A stretch of DNA of 64,000 nucleotides from Robiginitomaculum sp. (GTDB taxonomy: Bacteria > Pseudomonadota > Alphaproteobacteria > Caulobacterales > Maricaulaceae): NCBI GenBank assembly GCA_021647375.1, contig JAKIUV010000003.1, forward strand, positions 5,528 to 69,527. Reading direction: 5' to 3'. Below, piece by piece: positions 56,389 to 64,000 of this stretch. The notes under the pieces are model-generated. The model was not told the origin of the DNA, searched no databases, and saw only the letters and a list, made by a program, of their open reading frames with translations. Position 1 is the stretch's first letter, and every line of letters starts with the position of its first letter. A program made the position numbers and the translations under genes.

Positions 56389-57954
56389 TCAGTGCTGTGC
56401 CGCGATTGGGTGTTGGCTATCGCCTTTGCCGACCCGTTTGGCGCGGCGCTCTATGCGGTTAATCACATCAAGATAGGCGCGGGCTGTGGCCAGGATTGTG
56501 TCCGTCGATGTGCCGCGCCCGTTATAACTTTCGCCGTTCGCGCTTACTCTTATATCCGCCTCGGCCATGGCGTCTTCGCCCTCGGTGACACTGCGGGCGG
56601 AGAAACTATCCAGATGCAAATTATGCCCAGTTAATTTGTTCATAGCAAGAAGCACCGCATTGACCGGGCCACCTGCTTTCAAACTCGTGCCTATAGTTCG
56701 TCCGTCCTCATGGTTGAGGCACACCGTAGCTTCGGGGTTTTCATTGCCTTGCGATCCTGCGCTCACATAAAGACTATCTATTTCCCACGGCCCCGCACCG
56801 CCAATAGCTTCACCCAAAATAAGCGCCTCCACATCGGCGTCGAACACTTCTTTCTTTTTATCGGCCAGGGTTTTGAAATCCACGAACACGGATTGCAATT
56901 GGTTGTCCGATAGGGTGAAGCCTAATTTCTCCGCTCGGTGTTTCAGGGCGGCGCGGCCTGAATGCTTGCCCAGCACCAGATTGTCAGGCTCTAAGCCAAT
57001 GTCTTCGGGCTTCATAATCTCGTAAGTTTCCCGGTTGGCCAACATGCCGTGTTGGTGAATGCCGCTTTCATGGGCGAAGGCATTGGCACCGACAATGGCT
57101 TTATTGCGCGCCAGCGGATTGCCGGTAATCGACGCCAGCATTTTAGACGCCATGCTAATTTTCTGGGTGTTGATACCCGTATCCAGCCCGTAAAAATCGT
57201 TTCGGGTGCGCAGCGCCATGGCCACTTCTTCGAGGGCGCAATTCCCTGCCCGCTCACCGATACCGTTGAGGGCACACTCAATTTGTCTGGCCCCGCCGCG
57301 CACTGCCGCCAGAGAATTGGCAACGGCCAAACCAAGGTCATCATGACAATGGGCCGAGAAAACTGCCCCCGCAGCGCCGTCTACTTCCGTGGTTAAAAAC
57401 CGAAACAAATCGGTAATTTCTTCGGGCGTGGTATAGCCAACCGTATCGGGGATATTGATGGTGGTTGCGCCTGCCGCAATGGCAGCTTCGACCACGGTTT
57501 TCAGATAATCCCGCTCGGTGCGGATGGCGTCTTCGCAGGAAAATTCGACATTATCGGTATATTCAAGCGCCAGCGTAATGCCAGCCACGGCTTTCTCAAT
57601 CACCTGGTCTTTGGACATTTTTAATTTATATTCCCGGTGCAGGGGCGAGGTAGCGATGAACACATGCAGGCGGGATTTTTTGGCTGGCGCTATGGCGTCT
57701 CCCGCCGCACGAATGTCGCCCGGATTACACCGCGCTAGCGAGCAAATTGTCGTGCCCGTAATTTCCCGCGCAATGGTCTGCACGGCCTCAAAATCACCGG
57801 GCGATGCCACGGCAAATCCGGCTTCGATAATATCCACCCCAAGCTCAGAGAGCGCCCGCGCCATGCGCAGTTTCTGCCCCCCGTCCATAGAGAAGCCCGG
57901 CGCTTGTTCGCCGTCGCGTAAGGTTGTGTCGAAGATTTTTATTTTATTGGTCAT
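56389..57954 (-). CDS. leuA: 2-isopropylmalate synthase
   Basis: IFDTTLRDGEQ, HCHDDLGLAVANSLAA, C-terminal LeuA dimerisation/regulatory domain; 521 aa. Confidence 0.9.
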   Translation of the reverse strand: MTNKIKIFDTTLRDGEQAPGFSMDGGQKLRMARALSELGVDIIEAGFAVASPGDFEAVQTIAREITGTTICSLARCNPGDIRAAGDAIAPAKKSRLHVFIATSPLHREYKLKMSKDQVIEKAVAGITLALEYTDNVEFSCEDAIRTERDYLKTVVEAAIAAGATTINIPDTVGYTTPEEITDLFRFLTTEVDGAAGAVFSAHCHDDLGLAVANSLAAVRGGARQIECALNGIGERAGNCALEEVAMALRTRNDFYGLDTGINTQKISMASKMLASITGNPLARNKAIVGANAFAHESGIHQHGMLANRETYEIMKPEDIGLEPDNLVLGKHSGRAALKHRAEKLGFTLSDNQLQSVFVDFKTLADKKKEVFDADVEALILGEAIGGAGPWEIDSLYVSAGSQGNENPEATVCLNHEDGRTIGTSLKAGGPVNAVLLAMNKLTGHNLHLDSFSARSVTEGEDAMAEADIRVSANGESYNGRGTSTDTILATARAYLDVINRIERRAKRVGKGDSQHPIAAQH

Positions 57955-58081
57955 TGTCTATACCCATTAGTTTTTGGATCGCGTTCCGAGCGATAGCGAG
58001 GCAAGGGCGACCGCCCGTCGGCGCTTATGCGCCGCGCCCGCGCAGGCGTCAGCAAAGCTGACTTGCCGTGAGCGAAATACC

Positions 58082-58384
58082 TCATGCCCACTCCGCCCGC
58101 GTCCTGCGCCCGACTTTTTCCGCCGAAACAACATTATACAGCCGCTCTAATTGCTTGCACAAAGTATCAAGATTACGCGGCCCGCCCAGGTCTTCGATGG
58201 CGACCAGCAAATCAAAATCCCCGTCCACCCGTTGCGTGCAATGGACATCGCGGTAATCATATCCGCGCCGCTCAATCGTCCCAAGCGTGCGCAGGAGCGT
58301 CCCCGAAACATCCTGGAGTACAATCTTCAACTTCCCGGAAACACCAGAACGCTCAAAAGTTTTATCAGCTTGTAGGTTGGTCAT
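58082..58384 (-). CDS. ilvM: acetolactate synthase small (regulatory) subunit, IlvM-like ACT protein
   Basis: 100 aa. LLRTLGTIERRGYDYRDV...DLLVAIE...LDTLCKQLERLYNVV parallels E. coli IlvM (LERVLRVVRHRGFHV...IELTV...VDLLFSQLNKLVDV). Confidence 0.6.
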   Translation of the reverse strand: MTNLQADKTFERSGVSGKLKIVLQDVSGTLLRTLGTIERRGYDYRDVHCTQRVDGDFDLLVAIEDLGGPRNLDTLCKQLERLYNVVSAEKVGRRTRAEWA

Positions 58385-58628
58385 TTTTTACCTTATTTTT
58401 CATTGTTTGAACCACATCCGCCACATGGCCTCCAAGTAGACACAGGAGCGCTGGCGCCAGAATATAAAAAGAATTGGTAAGCGCCGTAACTACATTCCAA
58501 AGGTTTTTTAAAGGCGAGTTTGAACCCCAACTCATGAAAGCCGTACCGCTCAAGTCTATCAGCGTCCAACCAATAAACTGTAAGAACAAAACACCTGATG
58601 TGATGTAAAGGAATGTCCTAAGTATCAT
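58365..58628 (-). CDS. small two-TM membrane protein (87 aa) between the AHAS subunit genes
   Basis: The ATG lies 1 nt after the ilvG stop, with GGAG 9 nt upstream. Two hydrophobic helices. About 42% GC. Its 3' end overlaps ilvM by 20 nt. Confidence 0.5.
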   Translation of the reverse strand: MILRTFLYITSGVLFLQFIGWTLIDLSGTAFMSWGSNSPLKNLWNVVTALTNSFYILAPALLCLLGGHVADVVQTMKNKVKNDQPTS

Positions 58629-58629
58629 A

Positions 58630-60306
58630 TTATCGCTCCATCATATCTGCATTGCTGCGCCCTGGTGGTACGAGTGGCCAGACGTTTTCGCTGGCACTGA
58701 TTTTTACGTGCATCAGGATTGGGCCTTTGGCGGCTAGTAATCTATCTATGCCTGCGTCTACCTCGCTTCGTTTTGTGACTGTGAATGCGTCTATTTGAAA
58801 CGCGCGGGCGACCTCTGCGAAATCCGGATTATCATAGAGGTCGACCTCGGAATAATTTTCATCGAAGAATACTTCTTGCCATTGGCGCACCATGCCCAGA
58901 ACGCCGTTGTCGAGCAGCACAATTTTCAGCGGAATTTGGTACCGGTTTAGCGTGGCCAGTTCCTGGATATTCATCATGATGGAGCCGTCGCCCGATACGG
59001 TGATGACCGTGCGGTCGGGACAGCCGAGTTGTGCGCCGAGGCCTGCGGGCATACCGAAGCCCATCGTGCCGAGACCGCCGGATGTTATGTGGTCTTTCGG
59101 GTCGTCAAAATAACAATGTTGCGCCACCCACATTTGGTGCTGTCCCACATCGCAGGTAATAATGGCGTTTTCAGGGGCGCGTCTTGTCAGGTCGTGCAAC
59201 AGTTTTGGTGCATAAACATTATCGCCGGGTGCGTTATAGTCCACGGCAAATTCTGTCCGCCGAGCATAGCAAAGTTCGCGCCAATCGTCTGCATTTGATT
59301 TACCCGGGTTAAGCGCGGCGAGATTTTTCTTGAGCGAGCCTTCCAGCCAAATATCGGCTTTCCTGAGTTTGTTTATTTCCGCAATATCAATGTCCATATG
59401 GATGATTTTTGCCTTGGGCGCAAAGGTGTCCAATTTACCCGTGGCCCGGTCATCAAAGCGGGCACCTGCAACGATAAGCAAGTCAGCCTCTTGCACGGCA
59501 AAATTGGCGGCTTTCAGGCCGTGCATGCCGAGCATGCCGAGGAAATGTGGATGATCGGACGGCATGGCGCCGAGGCCTTTCAGGGTCGAGACCACCGGGA
59601 TTTCTGTTCGCTCTACGAGGTCGCGTAATTCCTTAACCCCGTCGCCTTGGGCAATACCACCGCCAATATAAAACAATGGTTTCTTGGCCGCGCGCATCAT
59701 GTCTTCGCAAATTTTTATATGCTCTGAACTACCCATTTCCGGTTTAACTTTCGGATAAGGCCGCCAGCGGTGACGCTTTGTCGTTGTTGCATTGGCTACG
59801 TCTTTGGGTAGGTCAATAAGCACAGGACCGGGGCGGCCTTCGGCAGCAATATAATAGGCTTCTTCGACCATGCCGGGAATGTCCGCCGGGTCGCGGGCGA
59901 TATAGCTGTGCTTGACGATGGGCAGGGTGATGCCGAAAATATCGACCTCTTGGAACGCATCTGTACCCATCAAATCCGAAGGCACTTGCCCGGTGATAAA
60001 GACGACGGGAACACTGTCCAGATAGGCGTCTGCAATCCCGGTGACCAAATTTGTCGCGCCAGGGCCAGATGTGGCGAGACAGGTTCCAACCTTGCCCGTG
60101 GCGCGCGCATAGCCAATAGCTGCCATGGCGCAACCTTGTTCGTGGCGGCCAAGAATGTGCTTGAGACCACTGCCCGGCAATACATCATAGACGGGCATAA
60201 TCGCCCCGCCCGGATAGCCGAAAATAAGATCAACACCTTGCTCTTTTAAGCTGTCGAGAAGCAGTTGTGCGCCGGATTTTGCCGCATGTTTTTTTGGGTG
60301 GGTCAT
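58630..60306 (-). CDS. ilvG: acetolactate synthase large subunit (start taken at MTHPKK; the ORF extends to 60327)
   Basis: ThDP motif (GGLGTMGFGMPAGLGA...GDGSIMMN). N-terminal GAQLLLDSLKEQGV. AAGGA lies 8 nt before the ATG at 60306. Confidence 0.9.
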   Translation of the reverse strand: MTHPKKHAAKSGAQLLLDSLKEQGVDLIFGYPGGAIMPVYDVLPGSGLKHILGRHEQGCAMAAIGYARATGKVGTCLATSGPGATNLVTGIADAYLDSVPVVFITGQVPSDLMGTDAFQEVDIFGITLPIVKHSYIARDPADIPGMVEEAYYIAAEGRPGPVLIDLPKDVANATTTKRHRWRPYPKVKPEMGSSEHIKICEDMMRAAKKPLFYIGGGIAQGDGVKELRDLVERTEIPVVSTLKGLGAMPSDHPHFLGMLGMHGLKAANFAVQEADLLIVAGARFDDRATGKLDTFAPKAKIIHMDIDIAEINKLRKADIWLEGSLKKNLAALNPGKSNADDWRELCYARRTEFAVDYNAPGDNVYAPKLLHDLTRRAPENAIITCDVGQHQMWVAQHCYFDDPKDHITSGGLGTMGFGMPAGLGAQLGCPDRTVITVSGDGSIMMNIQELATLNRYQIPLKIVLLDNGVLGMVRQWQEVFFDENYSEVDLYDNPDFAEVARAFQIDAFTVTKRSEVDAGIDRLLAAKGPILMHVKISASENVWPLVPPGRSNADMMER

Positions 60307-60327
60307 GCTGTGTATCCTTGCTGACAT

Positions 60328-60469
60328 CCAAGCCCCTCACCTTGTTCCTCTCCCAAAAGGAGAGGAGACGTTGGCGCGACTACCATGGTATTTGCAAATA
60401 TACGGTGTGGGTCAGCCAACCTTAGCCTCTCCTTTAGGGAGAGGCGCGCGACAGCGGGTGAGGGGCTTG
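60328..60469. repeat. composite palindromic intergenic repeat, family B, copy 2 (between ilvC and ilvG), inverted relative to copy 1
   Basis: ccaagcccctcaccttgttcctctcccaaaaggagaggagacgttggcgcg is the reverse complement of the right arm of copy 1. cttagcctctcctttagggagaggcgcgcgacagcgggtgagg is the reverse complement of its left arm. Confidence 0.8.
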
Positions 60470-60492
60470 AATTTATTTGGGACAACACCATC

Positions 60493-61533
<1,041 letters not shown>

Positions 61534-63201
61534 TTAAGGGTTGGAAAATGGAAAACTTGTCAGTGCGCCTTTGGAGGCTGAGCCAACCAGCTTGGCGTAT
61601 TTTGCGTAAGCCCCGCTTGGGTATTTGGGGGCGGGGGGTGTCCAGTTTTTGGAGCGGGATTTTAAATCGGCGGCCACATTTATTTCGCGGGTTTCCACGT
61701 CGATAGAAACCATGTCGCCGTCCTTCACAAATGCGATAGGCCCGCCGTGTGCTGCTTCGGGGGCGACATGACCGATGACGAAACCATAAGACGCACCGCT
61801 AAATCGCCCGTCGGTTATGAGCGCCACATCATCTATCAAGCCTTGGCCGACAAGCGCCGCAGTCACGGCCAGCATTTCGCGCATACCTGGCCCACCCGCC
61901 GGGCCTTCGTTTCTGATGATGATTACATCGCCTTTGTTAATGCCGTTCGCTTCCACCACGGCAAAACACTCTTCCTCGCTTTCAAACACCCTTGCAGGGC
62001 CTTTGAATTGTAATTCACCATGTCCGGCCAATTTGGCCACACAGCCCTCTGGTGCCATGTCTCCGTAAAGAATACCAAAGCCGCCCCTGGACTTCACCGG
62101 ATCAGCGAATGTGCGCACAACTTTTTGACCCGCAGCTTCCACTGCGCCCTCAACTTCTTCAAACATGGTGCGTCCGGTAATGGTCGGTGCATCGTTTAGG
62201 CGGCCATCGTCTTTCAAACGCTTGCCGACCAAGGCCGAGCCACCTGCTTCATACAAGTCAAAGGCCATATATTGCCCGCCAGGTTTGAGGTCTCCAATCA
62301 CAGGCGTGGTGCGGGAAATTTCGTCGAACACATCAATGTCAAATTCCACACCAGCTTCGCGGGCAATGGCCAGCAAATGTAAAATCGCATTGGTAGATGC
62401 CGCCGTGGCCGTCATGGCCGTCACAGCGTTGCGCAAGCTTGCCTCACAGATCATGTGTTGCGGCAGGCGGTTTTCGCGCACCGCGTCCATCAATATCTCG
62501 CCGCACTTAAATGCCGCATCGTTTTTGGCGTCCACTGTGGCAGGCACATCATTGACCCCCATGGGCGAAAGCCCCAAAAACGTCATAGCCATGGCCATGG
62601 AATTGGCGGTGAATTGCCCGCCGCACGCACCCGCGCCGGGGCAGGCGGCTTTTTCAATTTGCTCTAATTCCGCATCGTCGATTATATTGGAAGCGTGCGC
62701 GCCTACGGCTTCGAACACGTCTTGGACGGACAAATCTTTGCCCTTGTGATGCCCCGGCTTGATAGAGCCGCCGTACAGCACAACACCCGGAATGTTCATC
62801 CGCGCCAAGGCCATAGCCGCCGCCGGAATGGTTTTATCACAAGCCACCAAGACAATAACACCGTCGAGGGAATGCCCGCGCACGGCAAGCTCGATACTAT
62901 CGGCGATCACCTCGCGGCTCATCAAACTGGCGCGCATGCCCTCACTGCCCATAGTGATGCCGTCGGAGATAGCGATAGCATTGAAATCCACTGGCCAGCC
63001 GCCACCAGCGCGGATGCCAGCCCGAACAGGCACGGCCAATTTATCCAAATCCATATTACACGGGCCCATATTGGTCCATGTGTTAAACACGGCAATGATG
63101 GGTTTGTCGAAATCTTCTGTTGTCATACCTGCCGCCCGCATCATGGCACGGGCAGGAGCGCGGGCATTGCCTTTGAATATATGGTCACTATTTTTTGTCA
63201 T
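61534..63201 (-). CDS. ilvD: dihydroxy-acid dehydratase (short, ~555-aa form)
   Basis: [31 protein letters not shown]. Confidence 0.9.
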   Translation of the reverse strand: MTKNSDHIFKGNARAPARAMMRAAGMTTEDFDKPIIAVFNTWTNMGPCNMDLDKLAVPVRAGIRAGGGWPVDFNAIAISDGITMGSEGMRASLMSREVIADSIELAVRGHSLDGVIVLVACDKTIPAAAMALARMNIPGVVLYGGSIKPGHHKGKDLSVQDVFEAVGAHASNIIDDAELEQIEKAACPGAGACGGQFTANSMAMAMTFLGLSPMGVNDVPATVDAKNDAAFKCGEILMDAVRENRLPQHMICEASLRNAVTAMTATAASTNAILHLLAIAREAGVEFDIDVFDEISRTTPVIGDLKPGGQYMAFDLYEAGGSALVGKRLKDDGRLNDAPTITGRTMFEEVEGAVEAAGQKVVRTFADPVKSRGGFGILYGDMAPEGCVAKLAGHGELQFKGPARVFESEEECFAVVEANGINKGDVIIIRNEGPAGGPGMREMLAVTAALVGQGLIDDVALITDGRFSGASYGFVIGHVAPEAAHGGPIAFVKDGDMVSIDVETREINVAADLKSRSKNWTPPAPKYPSGAYAKYAKLVGSASKGALTSFPFSNP

Positions 63202-63225
63202 GCATTCGTCTCTTGTTTTACGTAT

Positions 63226-63253
63226 AAAAAAACCCGCTCTGGCTGGGAGCGGG
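63226..63253 (-). terminator. intrinsic terminator in the ilvD leader (attenuator terminator)
   Basis: The minus-strand RNA reads CCCGCUC-CCAGCCA-GAGCGGG-UUUUUUU. It ends ~24 nt before the ilvD ATG. Confidence 0.7.
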
Positions 63254-63277
63254 CGCTTAAAAATCCATGTTTAACTT

Positions 63278-63418
63278 TTAAAACCCACTCATCGTTTTTA
63301 TGCCCATAATCAGCACAATAAGACCACCAAGGAGGACGAGGGTGTTGAGCGTAGCCGATTTGTCAGACTTAGCCTCTACTACCAGTACTTTAGGGTTTGA
63401 TGTTAAATTGTGGGTCAT
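63278..63418 (-). CDS. candidate branched-chain-amino-acid-rich leader peptide (46 aa, not in the ORF track)
   Basis: Hand translation: MTHNLTSNPKVLVVEAKSDKSATLNTLVLLGGLIVLIMGIKTMSGF. 16 of 46 codons are Leu/Val/Ile (11 of 17 in LNTLVLLGGLIVLIMGI). No obvious SD. Confidence 0.4.
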   Translation of the reverse strand: MTHNLTSNPKVLVVEAKSDKSATLNTLVLLGGLIVLIMGIKTMSGF

Positions 63419-63779
63419 GTTTTTCTATAAATTGTTTATTTGAAAGCCTTGTAGCCAAACCACGTCCGTAAAACAAGAATTATTTTCCAATAAACCCTTG
63501 TTTTATGTGGGTGTGTAAATTATTTCCCAAAAAAACACGTGTTTCGGCATAAAATTGCCTGAAATGCCTGTTGTCTAGGTTGAGTTTCGTTTATTCACAA
63601 AAACTTAGCTGTTCTGTGCCAAAAAAACTAAAGCGAATGTACAGGCTCCACAATTAACCGTCCGAATGTGGTGTCATAGCAATGTGCGCGCCCAACAGAT
63701 GTTTTTAATTGTATTTGGCGAGGGTTTTGCGTACAGTTGCTGATAAGTAGGATATGGGCGGTATTAATACTAAAGGATT

Positions 63780-64000
63780 ATGGACATGCGTTTTTTCTCA
63801 CAGACTGATTTGACAACAAATTCTGAAATGGATTTTTCAACGGTTGAATGGGGGGATAATGCTTCTTCCAACTCTCCTGCAAACAATAAATTTGATGCAG
63901 GGATTGTCGTAAACACAGATTATTCCGTGGCATTCAGCCAGTGGACTCTGGAGCCTATAAGTTTTGGTTTTGATGAATTTTTTGTCGAATTTAATTTATC
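63780..64000 (+). CDS. 5' part of an uncharacterised gene running off the window
   Basis: ATG preceded by AAAGGA; open frame (MDMRFFSQTDLTTNSEMDFSTVEWGDNASS...) to the window end. Confidence 0.3.
   Translation, partial: MDMRFFSQTDLTTNSEMDFSTVEWGDNASSNSPANNKFDAGIVVNTDYSVAFSQWTLEPISFGFDEFFVEFNL

Noticed and set aside
56183-56389. ORF 56183..56389 (-) and, at the second copy, ORFs 60303..60491 (-) and 60305..60619 (+)
   Set aside because: They lie entirely in the family B repeat and its spacer. The peptide content mirrors the hairpins (PLPMGEE, SPKGD). The same DNA reads open on both strands.
57955-58081. A Leu-rich leader peptide or T-box upstream of leuA
   Set aside because: No ATG-initiated ORF with Leu codon runs is present, and no specifier, T-box or terminator elements. 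Kept only as a structured spacer.
16387-60469. Whether the four repeat loci could be a CRISPR array or degenerate IS ends
   Set aside because: The copies are tens of kb apart, they are inverted rather than direct, and there is no regular repeat-spacer periodicity. No cas or transposase gene is present in the window.

Overview
A chromosomal window of about 50% GC by eye. The gene repertoire (LipB, MnmC, L28 with an acidic tail, extensin-like protein, DUF805 paralogs) tentatively suggests a marine alphaproteobacterium.

(1) 1-8.7 kb: an integrase-bounded island with no phage structural genes. It looks like a phage satellite and sits against the 3' end of tRNA-Leu(GAG). It carries an Ogr/Delta zinc finger, an orphan winged helix, a Toprim plus P-loop primase/helicase, an AlpA-like HTH and many translationally coupled mini-ORFs. 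Its left end lies outside the window.

(2) 8.9-38.6 kb: a mix of core and accessory genes. These are lipB, three tandem DUF805 membrane paralogs, a GH5 lipoprotein, mnmC, an SDR, an AT-rich DUF2310-like orphan and an RND pump pair. Also here is a three-gene secreted DUF11-type surface locus ending in a 1701-aa outer-membrane giant. This is the best candidate for an undescribed system. The rest of the region holds rpmB, dapF, an ATP-grasp gene, a PfkB kinase, rpmI-rplT, an MA-type peptidase, a Ctb-type truncated globin and two YbjQ genes.

(3) 38.7-63.4 kb: amino-acid biosynthesis. A SAM-I riboswitch precedes metX-metB-metF and a two-cistron metH. This operon converges on a 17.6-kb single-strand array: ilvD-ilvC-ilvG-orf87-ilvM-leuA-leuCDB-ilvA-gltDB. 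The array is preceded by an unannotated Leu/Val/Ile-rich leader ORF plus an intrinsic terminator, a candidate attenuator.

Four copies of a composite palindromic (BIME/MITE-like) intergenic repeat occur, two of them inside the ilv-leu array. I saw no rRNA, CRISPR array or IS transposase. Most remaining ORFs in the track are antisense shadow ORFs.
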